A stretch of DNA of 64,000 nt. Source: Spirochaetota bacterium (GTDB lineage: Bacteria > Spirochaetota > UBA4802 > JAFGDQ01). The position numbers and the translations under genes were made by a program. Below, one piece after another: positions 9,597 through 19,548 of the stretch. The notes under the pieces were generated by a model. It did no database searches, was not told the origin of the DNA, and worked only from the letters and a program-made list of their open reading frames with translations. The stretch is from positions 26,635-90,634 of the forward strand of contig JAZDKB010000048.1 in the NCBI GenBank assembly GCA_043803405.1. Direction: 5' to 3'. Each line of letters begins with the position of its first letter. Within the stretch, counting starts at the first letter, position 1.

Positions 9597-11440
9597 TTAA
9601 GATAGCAAATTCACAAGCCCTAAAGCAGGTCAGAGATGACCTGAAAAAGAATTATGATCCGAACAAAAAGCTTGTTACGATCTGTGCCGGTACCGGCTGC
9701 CGCGGTTACGGCTGTATAAAAGTCAAAGAAGAACTCGAAGCAGAAATTAAAAGGCAAAAAATGGATGTGGAAGTCCGTGCCACAGGCTGTTTTGGATTTT
9801 GCGAAAAAGGCCCGCTTGTTGTTATTCATCCGGAAAAAATATTTTATCAGCGGGTAGGTGTCAAAGACGTACCGGAAATTATTTCAAAAACAGTTGCCGG
9901 TGGCGAAATTCTGGAAAAGTTGCTCTACCGGGATCCACAGACCAATGAAGCTATTCTTAAGGAAGAAGATGTTCCTTTTTACAAGAAACAGCGAAGGCTT
10001 GTTTTCGGTTCAAACGGCCTGATAGATCCAACGCGCATTGAGGATTATATTTATATCGGCGGCTACACGGCGCTGGCAAAGGCGCTCACGGAAATGAGGC
10101 CGGAAGATATTATCAGCGAAGTGAAAAAATCCGGACTGCGGGGACGCGGGGGCGGAGGATTTTTAGCAGGCAATAAATGGGAAAGCTGTCGCAGGGCGGA
10201 AGGTTCCCCAAAATATGTCATCGGCAACGGAGACGAGGGCGATCCCGGCGCATATATGGATCGCAGTCTTATGGAAGGCAACCCGCATAGCGTTATCGAA
10301 GGCATGATTATCGGGGCTTATGCCATTGGGGCATCCGAAGGATATATCTATGTGAGGAACGAATATCCCCTTGCTGTTATGCACCTGACTATGGCAATAG
10401 CCAGCGCCCGGGAAGCGGGGCTTCTGGGTAAGGACATTCTCGGCAGTAATTTTTCCTTTGATATTAAGATAAATAAAGGCGGAGGCGCTTTTGTATGCGG
10501 CGAATCTTCGGCGCTTTTTGCCTCGATTGAAGGTCGCGCCGGCGAACCTAGGGCCAAATATATACACGCTGTGGAAAAGGGCTTGTGGGATAAACCAACA
10601 TGCCTCAACAATGTCGAAACGTGGGCGAACGTTCCGTTCATCATTAATAAAGGAGCGGACTGGTATGCTTCCATCGGAACAGAAGGCAGCAAGGGCACCA
10701 AGATATTCTCTCTTGTCGGCAAGATCAACAATACGGGTCTCATCGAAGTGCCGATGGGTATGCCGCTGCGTGAAATCATTTACGATATGGGCGGTGGTAT
10801 CCCGAAGGGACGCAAATTCAAGGCAGTACAGACAGGCGGGCCCTCAGGCGGCTGCATCCCCGAGAGCCTTCTTGACATACCGGTCGATTTCGACAAGCTA
10901 AGCGAAGCCGGTTCCATGATGGGATCCGGAGGCATGATAGTCATGGACGACCGTTCCTGTATGGTGGATGTCGCCAGATACTTCCTGGGATTTTTACAGG
11001 AAGAATCCTGCGGCAAATGCGTTCCCTGCCGCGAAGGCGTACGGCGAATGCATGAAATCCTTGAAGACATTTGCGCAGGCAAAGGCAGGGAAGGCGATGT
11101 GGAACTGCTTGAGCATTTATCGACCGGCGTCGCGGACGGTTCACTTTGCGCACTGGGCGGCAGCGCTCCTAACCCGGTATTGAGTACCATTCGTTACTTT
11201 CGGGATGAGTATGACGCTCATATCAAAGAACATCGCTGTCCGGCGGGAGTATGCAAGGCGCTGATTGTTTTCAGTATCGATCCGGAAAAATGTACCGGCT
11301 GCGGCATGTGTATCAAGGTTTGCCCAGTAAAAGCAACCAGCGGTGAGAAAAAGAAAGCTCATACTATTGATAAAGAAATATGTACACGCTGCGGCGCATG
11401 TATGGAGAGCTGCAAATTTGATGCAATCAACGTAAAGTAA
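9593..11440 (+). CDS. NuoF/HydB/BfuB-like FMN/NADH-binding subunit
   Basis: N-terminal CAGTGC...[45 protein letters not shown] and a C-terminal 2x[4Fe-4S] domain. Confidence 0.93.
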   Translation: MIKIANSQALKQVRDDLKKNYDPNKKLVTICAGTGCRGYGCIKVKEELEAEIKRQKMDVEVRATGCFGFCEKGPLVVIHPEKIFYQRVGVKDVPEIISKTVAGGEILEKLLYRDPQTNEAILKEEDVPFYKKQRRLVFGSNGLIDPTRIEDYIYIGGYTALAKALTEMRPEDIISEVKKSGLRGRGGGGFLAGNKWESCRRAEGSPKYVIGNGDEGDPGAYMDRSLMEGNPHSVIEGMIIGAYAIGASEGYIYVRNEYPLAVMHLTMAIASAREAGLLGKDILGSNFSFDIKINKGGGAFVCGESSALFASIEGRAGEPRAKYIHAVEKGLWDKPTCLNNVETWANVPFIINKGADWYASIGTEGSKGTKIFSLVGKINNTGLIEVPMGMPLREIIYDMGGGIPKGRKFKAVQTGGPSGGCIPESLLDIPVDFDKLSEAGSMMGSGGMIVMDDRSCMVDVARYFLGFLQEESCGKCVPCREGVRRMHEILEDICAGKGREGDVELLEHLSTGVADGSLCALGGSAPNPVLSTIRYFRDEYDAHIKEHRCPAGVCKALIVFSIDPEKCTGCGMCIKVCPVKATSGEKKKAHTIDKEICTRCGACMESCKFDAINVK

Positions 11441-11454
11441 AGGCAGGATAAAAA

Positions 11455-12168
11455 ATGGTTAATCTGATTATTGACGGAAAGAATATATCGGCGGCAGAAG
11501 ACACAATGCTGCTGGAAGCAGCCCGAAGCGCGGGTGCGACAATACCGACTTTTTGCGCCCATGAATCCGTGACCCGTGCCGGCGCCTGCAGGCTTTGCGT
11601 GGTGGAAATTAAAAAGGGCAGCCGGAGCCGGATTGTCACCTCATGTTTATATCCCGTGGAAGAAGGTTTAACAGTCAGCACAAAAAGTGAGCGCGTGCTG
11701 AATGTTCGCCGCCTGGTGATGGAACTATTGCTGGCACGCTGCCCGGACTCCGATGTAGTACAAAAAACTGCAAGGGAACTCGGCGTGGAACCCCAGGCTC
11801 GATTTACCGCCGACATGGATAAGGGCAAATGCATTCTATGCCGTTCCTGCGTGCGCGTTTGTGAAGAAGTAGTCGGAGTAAGCGCCATAGGCTTAATCAG
11901 CCGCGGCTCTCATAAAGAAGTCGGCACTCCTTTTAGCGAAAAATCGGATGTCTGCATCGGCTGCGGTGCGTGCGTCTATGTTTGTCCCACCGGCCACATT
12001 GAAATGCAATCCTCCGGCGATAAACGCAAAATCTGGGGCCGTACCTTTAAGATGCAGACCTGCGGAAAATGCGGCAAGTATTTCGCGCCCGTGGATCAGC
12101 TGAAATATATCAGCAAAAAAACAGGCGTACCATTTGAGGAGCTTGCAGTTTGCACAGAGTGCCGGTAG
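11455..12168 (+). CDS. NuoG/HydA N-terminal-like Fe-S subunit (BfuA-like) with no catalytic domain
   Basis: IPTFC...GACRLC...TSC [2Fe-2S]; CILCRSCVRVC and CIGCGACVYVCP; C-terminal CGKC...CTEC. Confidence 0.88.
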   Translation: MVNLIIDGKNISAAEDTMLLEAARSAGATIPTFCAHESVTRAGACRLCVVEIKKGSRSRIVTSCLYPVEEGLTVSTKSERVLNVRRLVMELLLARCPDSDVVQKTARELGVEPQARFTADMDKGKCILCRSCVRVCEEVVGVSAIGLISRGSHKEVGTPFSEKSDVCIGCGACVYVCPTGHIEMQSSGDKRKIWGRTFKMQTCGKCGKYFAPVDQLKYISKKTGVPFEELAVCTECR

Positions 12169-12181
12169 TATCCGGTACATT

Positions 12182-12604
12182 TTAATCCTGTTCTTCGGTA
12201 TCTCCGCCTTTTATGTCACCCCTTTTAATCCTTACTGCTGTACCTTTAACATAAGTAACAGAATAGTTTTGCTCTTTGCCGTATTGGAAAGAATTGTTAT
12301 AATAAAATATTATTTTACTGTTATCCGGATTCCTGCATTGCTTTTTAACAACATCTGAAAGGCTTGCGCCGGATGGCAATTTCGGATCATTCTTAACCAG
12401 AATTGAATATGGCTCCCCGACTGCGGCAATTGATTCACACGGATTCATGCCCAGTATTACAATACCTTCAAGTATCGCTATCCTGTTCAGTTCCGACATT
12501 TGAAGATGGCTGTTTATATATACGTTTGCGTTTTCAAATCTATTTTTTTCGAGGGATGAACAGGATGCAATTAAGAATAATAATAAGATAACATATTTTT
12601 TCAT
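12182..12604 (-). CDS. Hypothetical lipoprotein
   Basis: Lipobox LIASC; 140 aa. Confidence 0.7.
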   Translation of the reverse strand: MKKYVILLLFLIASCSSLEKNRFENANVYINSHLQMSELNRIAILEGIVILGMNPCESIAAVGEPYSILVKNDPKLPSGASLSDVVKKQCRNPDNSKIIFYYNNSFQYGKEQNYSVTYVKGTAVRIKRGDIKGGDTEEQD

Positions 12605-12799
12605 AAAGCCCCGGTTTTAATAGAAAAAAACAATTGAACCATTGTTTTTTTAAGAAATGATCGATGCTAACTTATAGAAATATCGATAGATGATTTTCAG
12701 GATGTCAAATCGAATTTCTAAAAAACGCTGAAGATAATTATACTGAAATAATCAATTTCCGTTAATGTACCATCTCAGATGTGACTTTTATAGAAGAAA

Positions 12800-12958
12800 T
12801 TATTTATCCTTAGGGCAACTCAGGACAATTATATCATTTTTTTTGTCATTTGAATATGTTGTTGCATTGCTGATTGTTATATTTTTAAAACTACAGAGCA
12901 CCTGACCGTTCCGATAGAATTTATGATACTCGCATTTTATACAGTTTTCTAGTTTCAT
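12800..12958 (-). CDS. Small Cys-rich hypothetical protein (52 aa), not in the ORF track
   Basis: Hand translation MKLENCIKCEYHKFYRNGQVLCSFKNITISNATTYSNDKKNDIIVLSCPKDK; CxxC-x12-C...CP. Confidence 0.55.
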   Translation of the reverse strand: MKLENCIKCEYHKFYRNGQVLCSFKNITISNATTYSNDKKNDIIVLSCPKDK

Positions 12959-13177
12959 AGAAGTAGCAATTCTCTTTATGTTGGATGATTTGAAAGACTA
13001 TAAACAGTTAATTACTTTCTAATTGTTGTCAAATATTTTCCTGATATTTAAATAATTTTATTGAAAGCCATATTATAATGCCATCTTAAAATTGTCCTAC
13101 ACGCAATTAATTTCTTTACAATTTAAATTAACAAATTTATATAATATCACTTTTAAATTAAGGGCACAGCAAAACAC

Positions 13178-14416
13178 ATGACAGAAAAGAAACTGCCTTT
13201 CACTAAGGCTCAAATTGAAAACATAATCAGCAAATATCCTACTCCGTTCCATATATACGATGAAAAAGCGATCAAGGAAAACGCTGCTAAACTGTTAAAG
13301 GCTTTTTCGTGGGCAGAGTTTAAGGAATACTTTGCAGTAAAGGCAACCCCAAATCCGCATATTATCAGGCTGCTTAAGGAGTTCGGCTTTGGCACAGACT
13401 GCAGCTCCTTGCCCGAACTTATGCTCTCGGAAAAGGCAGGGATCACAGGCGAAAACATTATGTTCACTTCAAACGACACGCCTGCAAACGAATACGTAAA
13501 AGCAAAAGAGCTGGGCGCAATAATTAACCTGGACGATATCAGCCATATATCTTTTCTTGAAAAAATTTGCGGAATACCTGAAGTCATATCCCTAAGATAT
13601 AATCCCGGGCCATTGCGCAAAGGCAATGTTATAATCGGAGACCCTGTGGAATCCAAATACGGGTTTACGCGTCCCCAGATTTTTGAGGGCTTCAGGATAT
13701 TGCGGGAAAAGGGTGCGAAAAGATTCGGGCTTCACTCATTTGTTATATCCAACGAGCTTAACAGGGCCAGTTATGTTGAAACTGCGCGCATGCTTTTTAA
13801 TATGGCTGCGGATTTAAAAAATGAGATCGGGATAAAACTGGAGTTCGTTAATTTAAGCGGCGGCATCGGCATACCGTACCGGCCCGAACAGGACGCTGTT
13901 GACCTCATCGCCCTTGGCAAAGAGATTGAGGCAGTATATAAGGAAATAATTGCGGCCAACGGCCTGCATCCGGTGAAAATATTTTCCGAGTGCGGGAGAA
14001 TGATAACAGGCCCGTACGGGTATCTTGTATCTACTGTTCTTCATAAGAAGGATATTTACAAAGAGTATGTAGGGCTGGACGCCAGCATGGCGAATTTAAT
14101 GCGGCCTGCCATTTACGGCGCGTATCATCACATTACTGTTATGGGCAAAGACAACATGCCACACAACCGCGTTTACGATGTAACTGGATCGCTTTGCGAG
14201 AATAACGATAAATTTGCCGTCGACCGCAAGCTGCCCGAGATCGCTATAGGCGACATCGTGGTTATTCACGATGCGGGCGCTCACGGGCATGCAATGGGAT
14301 TCAACTACAACGGCAAGCTGCGTTCCGCAGAACTTCTGCTTAAGGAAGACGGGCAGGTTAAGATGATACGGAGAGCGGAGACTGTTGAAGATTACTTTGC
14401 TACGCTGAATTTTTAG
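13178..14416 (+). CDS. lysA: Diaminopimelate decarboxylase
   Basis: TPFHIYDE, YFAVKA (PLP Lys), ECGR, GSLCENNDKF and GFNYNG. Confidence 0.95.
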   Translation: MTEKKLPFTKAQIENIISKYPTPFHIYDEKAIKENAAKLLKAFSWAEFKEYFAVKATPNPHIIRLLKEFGFGTDCSSLPELMLSEKAGITGENIMFTSNDTPANEYVKAKELGAIINLDDISHISFLEKICGIPEVISLRYNPGPLRKGNVIIGDPVESKYGFTRPQIFEGFRILREKGAKRFGLHSFVISNELNRASYVETARMLFNMAADLKNEIGIKLEFVNLSGGIGIPYRPEQDAVDLIALGKEIEAVYKEIIAANGLHPVKIFSECGRMITGPYGYLVSTVLHKKDIYKEYVGLDASMANLMRPAIYGAYHHITVMGKDNMPHNRVYDVTGSLCENNDKFAVDRKLPEIAIGDIVVIHDAGAHGHAMGFNYNGKLRSAELLLKEDGQVKMIRRAETVEDYFATLNF

Positions 14417-14683
14417 TAAAAAATCACCTGGCATATTTATCTGCATTAAAAGAATACTCCCCTGAACATCCCACGGATTATTATAAACAGATGACTTTCA
14501 TTAAAATTCTATTATTTTCGATCATTCTGATTGACATATTAATATCCATATATATATTATATAGATCAATATTACCCGGATTGTTGACGAATATATATTA
14601 GGCAACTATATTTACTCTTTGTATCTTCTAAACTGTTGCATTAATAATTTTTATACAATGAAAAATTTGTCGGAGGTAAAAGA

Positions 14684-15025
14684 ATGGAAGGGAAAAGAAT
14701 AGGTAATAGAAGACGTGGTCCGGATGCGCTTACAAAAGCAATTACCATCTTTGCAGCAATATCATGGGCGCTGATTTTTATTGTATTTCTTCTTATTACA
14801 TACGGCAAACCTAGAATGGGAGGAACATTTTTTGCGCAGGCAGGCGATAGCACAATGACAAACTATGCCAATATTGCCCTTGGAGTAGTTTTTTTTGTGT
14901 GCCTGGTAGGCCTGCTGATTAATATGAACCGTCACAAACGAAAAAGCGACAGGTTCAGCAAATCATTGATTTTTTTCGGCATAGGGTCCATTATATGGCT
15001 TATATATAATTTAATGTCAAAATAA
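14684..15025 (+). CDS. Hypothetical membrane protein with about 3 TM helices
   Basis: GGAGG upstream; three hydrophobic segments. Confidence 0.75.
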   Translation: MEGKRIGNRRRGPDALTKAITIFAAISWALIFIVFLLITYGKPRMGGTFFAQAGDSTMTNYANIALGVVFFVCLVGLLINMNRHKRKSDRFSKSLIFFGIGSIIWLIYNLMSK

Positions 15026-15065
15026 CGGAATATATTATTACAATTGTATATATAGCATTTAATTC

Positions 15066-15866
15066 TTATCTGAATAACTTTTGGAGCTGGCCTTTATTAT
15101 AGAGAGACAAAAGGTCCATGCTCCATGCAACTGCCACATGAATAATAATTCCTCCGTATAATGAGTGCGTCCGCAAAGCAAGAGTCCCCAGAGTAATTCC
15201 GGTAATCACAGCTCCAATGGTTTCGGCAACAGGTTTTGTAAAATGTATCATCGAATATGGTATAACCATAACAAATATCGCGTATGCACCTATATATCTT
15301 GCCATGGAGAACAGCAAAAAACCCCTGAAAAAGAATTCGAGCATAAAGAACTGCGTTCCGTATCCGGCTTCCCACATTATCAGCTGACCGAAAGTCCGGG
15401 CAGCATCTTTATAAAACGGATATTTATTCAGAAAAGCGGGAGAAAATGATACAGTATAAACAAACGGAAATACCAGTATAAACATGATTAAATACAGCAG
15501 GTATATTCCGGGTTTGTTTTTTATTTTAAAACCATAGTCACGGATTCTTTCTTTAAAAATAAATTTAATCACCAACGCAGGCAGCAGAAAATAATTAAGG
15601 GCCGTCGATAATGCCCAGTAAAGCTCCATCCATAACTGCGGATACTCAAGGCGCTGGATATAATAGTACAAAGGTCTGGATAGTTTATAGATTTCCGCTC
15701 TGCAGACATATTCCGAAATAATAAGCACTGCAGCAGCAGTAATAAACACACTAGCTGCTTTTAAATTAAATAAATCCTCTGTTTTATATTCTTCATCGAT
15801 TTTACGCCACTGAATTACAGTATAATGTTTAATTGAATTTTTAATAAAAGTATAAACGTTTTTCAT
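15066..15866 (-). CDS. CPBP (CAAX/Abi) family intramembrane glutamic protease
   Basis: EFFFRG, MIHF and IIIHVAVAWSMD motifs in a multi-TM protein. Confidence 0.85.
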   Translation of the reverse strand: MKNVYTFIKNSIKHYTVIQWRKIDEEYKTEDLFNLKAASVFITAAAVLIISEYVCRAEIYKLSRPLYYYIQRLEYPQLWMELYWALSTALNYFLLPALVIKFIFKERIRDYGFKIKNKPGIYLLYLIMFILVFPFVYTVSFSPAFLNKYPFYKDAARTFGQLIMWEAGYGTQFFMLEFFFRGFLLFSMARYIGAYAIFVMVIPYSMIHFTKPVAETIGAVITGITLGTLALRTHSLYGGIIIHVAVAWSMDLLSLYNKGQLQKLFR

Positions 15867-16074
15867 CTTATTGCCAACTCATCCTTATGTTTCTTTTAAT
15901 TTTCAAAGCTGACGAAAATATAATTATTTATTTTTTTATTTCAACAGAAAATTATTTATAGAGACATCCGGAAATACTTGAAATAAAAAAGCTTGAAATT
16001 ATACGCTTAAAGATGATATCATTTCAGGAATACTTCAATGATATTAATTATTTGCAGGCGAATGGTATAAAGAT

Positions 16075-16314
16075 ATGAAATTGACGAAGGAAATTGACGC
16101 TCTGATACTCGAGATGACCAGAAAAGGAATCAAACCCAGATATGTTGTAATCGGCCAGAACCAATATAGGAGATGGGCACAGGAAACAGAGCAGGCTAAT
16201 CTTGAAGACCTGGAAAATAAATATTTAGGCTGCGATATAGTAATTTGCGGCAGCGATATATTGGAAGTAGTACCCGAACCCAAAGAACTATATTCATTTT
16301 ACAAAAGGAAATAA
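16075..16314 (+). CDS. Hypothetical protein
   Basis: 79 aa ORF that fills the gap between neighbours; protein-like composition. Confidence 0.65.
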   Translation: MKLTKEIDALILEMTRKGIKPRYVVIGQNQYRRWAQETEQANLEDLENKYLGCDIVICGSDILEVVPEPKELYSFYKRK

Positions 16315-16385
16315 TTACAAGTCATCTCAAAATAAATTTTAAGTCAGCTCTATGTATAAAATTATATTCTTGAGATGACTTGTAA
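16315..16385. repeat. Long inverted repeat between convergent genes (bidirectional terminator or MITE-like)
   Basis: TTACAAGTCATCTCAA (16315-16330) and TTGAGATGACTTGTAA (16370-16385) are perfect 16-bp arms. Confidence 0.8.
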
Positions 16386-16389
16386 AATA

Positions 16390-17097
16390 TTATTCTGTTT
16401 CAACGATTAAAAGTGACAGTGGATCAAGCTTCAGATGCATATCATGTACAGGAAGAATTTCATGATCTTTAACGAGCTGAAGATTAATATAGTCTTTTAC
16501 CGGTTTCATGTAAATAATAATACTTATTTCGTTTATAAAGGCGGTCAGTAAGTCCGGAACACCTTTCCCGTCCGGGACAATTTCATTATCTTTCAAAGAA
16601 ACGCTGAACCATATTTCAAGTCCAAGCTCTGCAGCAAAATTCCTTATAACTTTTAAATCATCAACAGTGCATTTGTGGAAATCGTACCCATCTACAATAA
16701 TACTATCTGCGGAAAAATGACCGTCCTTGATTAAGGATTTTATACTGTTTGTAATTTGATTTATTTTAACGCCGTCCTGGTTAAAATTCATTATGATTCT
16801 GTTCTTTACTATCTGGTCGTGCACATCCATGGCAGATTCTATATTGAATTTTTTTGCTATCTCTTCAAATATATCCTCGTACCATGATATGATATGGCCG
16901 GTATTTGCTGCAAAAGATACATGTATAATATGCTTGTTATTGAATAATTCATCTGTAGCTATATGGACAAGACATGCCGTTTTGCCGACGCCTTTGCGTG
17001 CTGCGATTACGCCGATGTTTCCCTTACCGAGTTCTCCGCGGGAAGAATGCTCTAAAATCCTTAATGGATTCCTTTTTGTCTGCTCGGTTCTAATCAT
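16390..17097 (-). CDS. RecA/KaiC/DnaB-like P-loop protein, uncharacterised
   Basis: GELGKGNIGVIAARKGVGKT (Walker A) and IIVDGYDF (Walker B-like); starts 12 nt after the fusA stop. Confidence 0.8.
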   Translation of the reverse strand: MIRTEQTKRNPLRILEHSSRGELGKGNIGVIAARKGVGKTACLVHIATDELFNNKHIIHVSFAANTGHIISWYEDIFEEIAKKFNIESAMDVHDQIVKNRIIMNFNQDGVKINQITNSIKSLIKDGHFSADSIIVDGYDFHKCTVDDLKVIRNFAAELGLEIWFSVSLKDNEIVPDGKGVPDLLTAFINEISIIIYMKPVKDYINLQLVKDHEILPVHDMHLKLDPLSLLIVETE

Positions 17098-17109
17098 TAT
17101 GTTAACTCC

Positions 17110-19191
17110 CTATTTTTTCTTCTTTTTTTCATCTAATTCTTTTTTGATTTTTTCAGCTATGCTTTCCGGTACTTTCGCGTATTTGAGAAATTCCATTGTG
17201 AATTCCGATTTTCCCTGAGTCATGGATCTTAAATCGGTGGAATAACCGAACATTTCGGAAAGCGGCACTTCTGCTTCCACGCGGCAGATCACATCGTCTT
17301 CAGTTGTGCTTATAATAATACCGCGTCTTTGATTTATGCTTCCGAACACATTACCCTGGAATTCCGACGGGCCTTCTACAACGACTTTCATTATAGGTTC
17401 AAGAATTTGCGGGCTGGCTTTGCTGTATATCTGCCAGAACGCCGATGTTGCAGCAACCTGGAATGCCATTGTTGACGAATCCACTGCATGGAAGTCGCCG
17501 TCTTCCAGTGTTACTTTTACTCCGACAATGGGGAATCCGATAAGCCTGCCTTTCTTTAAGCATTCATGGAATCCTTTTTCGCATGCCGGAATATATTCGG
17601 TAGGGATTACCCCGCCTTTTATTTTATTCTCGAACTCGAAAATTTCTTCGAGGGACGGTGCAATTCTGCCGACTATACGTGCGAACTGTCCGGATCCTCC
17701 GGTCTGTTTCTTATGCGTGTAGTCGAATTCAACTTCTTTTGTTATTGCTTCGCGGTAAGCCACCTGCGGCATACCTGCTTCCACTATGACGTCATATTCG
17801 CGTTTCATTCTCTCGATGTAAACATCAAGATGAAGTTCGCCCATACCGCTTATTATTCTCTCACCGGATTCTTCGTCCGTGTATGTTTTGAATGTCGGGT
17901 CCTCTTTCGAGAATCTGTTCAAAGCTTTACCGAGGTTATCCGATGATTTAAGGTCCTTCGGCGTTATTGCAAGTGAAATTACGGGTTCGGGCACATGCAT
18001 CGTAGTCATGGAGTAGTTCAGGCTCGGATGCGTGAATGTATCACCCGAAGCGCAGTCAATTCCGAATACTGCCACTATATCTCCGCATCTGGCGTTTGAT
18101 ATATCTTCCATTTTATCCGCATGCATGCGTATTAAACGGCCAACTTTAAACTTCTTTTTCGCCCTGGTGTTGTAAAGTTCATCTCCCTTTTTTACGGAGC
18201 CCTGGTAAATCCTTATATATGATAACTGACCATACTGTCCGTCTTCGAGCTTGAATGCAAGGGCAACAGTGGGTTTATTTTTATCGGAATCGAGTACTAC
18301 AGTTTTTTCATCATTATCTATATCGAGAGCAACGTTGTTAACGCCTGTAGGATCAGGCAGATATTTTACGACCATATCCAGCAGGGGCTGTATGCCTTTG
18401 TTTTTATAAGCAGAGCCGACTGCTACTGGCACTAACTGAAGCGATTGCGTGGCTTTATGTATAGCATTATGGATCAATTCTTCCGTGACTTTATCTTCAA
18501 GGTAAGCTTCTGCCAGTTCGTCGGAAACCATTGTGACAGCGTCCAGAAGGGCCTTGCGTTTTGCATCCGCTTCTTCGCGCAGATCGGCCGGTATTTCTTC
18601 AATACGGATGTTTTCCCCGTTGTCGCCGTCGAAATACATTGCTTTCATAGTGATCAGATCGACAACGCCTTGCAGCTTGTCTTCGAGTCCGATAGGTATC
18701 TGAAGCAGAACAGCGTTAAGGCCGAGTTTTTCGCGAAGCTGCTGCGTTACCCTGTAAGGGTTTGCACCTACGCGGTCGCATTTATTGACAAAAGCAATTC
18801 TCGGGACTTTGTAGCGTTTCAGCTGTCTGTCTACAGTGATTGACTGCGACTGCACGCCGCCTACGGCGCACAGGACGAGAATGGCGCCATCAAGAACGCG
18901 AAGCGCTCTTTCAACTTCGATTGTAAAGTCAACATGTCCTGGAGTATCAATAATATTGATGGAATATTCGCCCCAGTCGACATTTGTTGCAGCCGAAGAA
19001 ATGGTAATTCCGCGTTCGCGCTCCAGCTCCATGGAATCCATTGTGGCTCCCTTGCCGTCCTTGTCCTTTATCTCATGGATAGCGTGGATTTTTTTACAGT
19101 AAAATAGTATCCGCTCTGTGAGAGTAGTCTTGCCGGAATCTATGTGCGCGCTTATCCCGATATTGCGTATTATTGAAATGTCGTCCTGCAT
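17110..19191 (-). CDS. fusA: Elongation factor G (spirochaete/deltaproteobacterial EF-G1 type)
   Basis: [39 protein letters not shown] and [10 protein letters not shown]. Confidence 0.97.
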   Translation of the reverse strand: MQDDISIIRNIGISAHIDSGKTTLTERILFYCKKIHAIHEIKDKDGKGATMDSMELERERGITISSAATNVDWGEYSINIIDTPGHVDFTIEVERALRVLDGAILVLCAVGGVQSQSITVDRQLKRYKVPRIAFVNKCDRVGANPYRVTQQLREKLGLNAVLLQIPIGLEDKLQGVVDLITMKAMYFDGDNGENIRIEEIPADLREEADAKRKALLDAVTMVSDELAEAYLEDKVTEELIHNAIHKATQSLQLVPVAVGSAYKNKGIQPLLDMVVKYLPDPTGVNNVALDIDNDEKTVVLDSDKNKPTVALAFKLEDGQYGQLSYIRIYQGSVKKGDELYNTRAKKKFKVGRLIRMHADKMEDISNARCGDIVAVFGIDCASGDTFTHPSLNYSMTTMHVPEPVISLAITPKDLKSSDNLGKALNRFSKEDPTFKTYTDEESGERIISGMGELHLDVYIERMKREYDVIVEAGMPQVAYREAITKEVEFDYTHKKQTGGSGQFARIVGRIAPSLEEIFEFENKIKGGVIPTEYIPACEKGFHECLKKGRLIGFPIVGVKVTLEDGDFHAVDSSTMAFQVAATSAFWQIYSKASPQILEPIMKVVVEGPSEFQGNVFGSINQRRGIIISTTEDDVICRVEAEVPLSEMFGYSTDLRSMTQGKSEFTMEFLKYAKVPESIAEKIKKELDEKKKKK

Positions 19192-19298
19192 TAAAAGATG
19201 CTCCAGTGTTAAAGAAATTCTAATATTATCTTAATTATTTAAATTAAAGAGACCAAAAAGTATGTTGCGCAAAAAATAAGTCAAATATTTTTTTATTT

Positions 19299-19544
19299 TT
19301 ATAAAAGTTTATCGAATTCTTTTCTGCATTGCTTAATTGCTTTATCGAATTTTTCGAAAATTTTTTTTTCGGTGCATTCCTTCTCGAAATCATTATAGCT
19401 GTGCGCATGTTTTTCCGCGACAGACAATAATTCGTTATAGACTTTTGTGAGGCGGTTTATTAATACCTTGTTTTCTAAATAGTCTTTATATTTTTCGTAT
19501 GCTGAAATATAATCAGTTAGTACATGCATTATTTTTTTATTCAT
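19299..19544 (-). CDS. Hypothetical protein
   Basis: 81 aa helical ORF starting 4 nt after the upstream gene. Confidence 0.65.
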   Translation of the reverse strand: MNKKIMHVLTDYISAYEKYKDYLENKVLINRLTKVYNELLSVAEKHAHSYNDFEKECTEKKIFEKFDKAIKQCRKEFDKLL

Positions 19545-19548
19545 ATAA

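Noticed and set aside
9111..12168. Respiratory complex I or [FeFe]-hydrogenase operon
   Set aside because: No membrane or NuoBCD subunits, and no H-cluster motifs in the A-like subunit
12959..13177. Possible lysine riboswitch upstream of lysA
   Set aside because: The region is very AT-rich, with no AGAGGNGC start motif or matching stems visible
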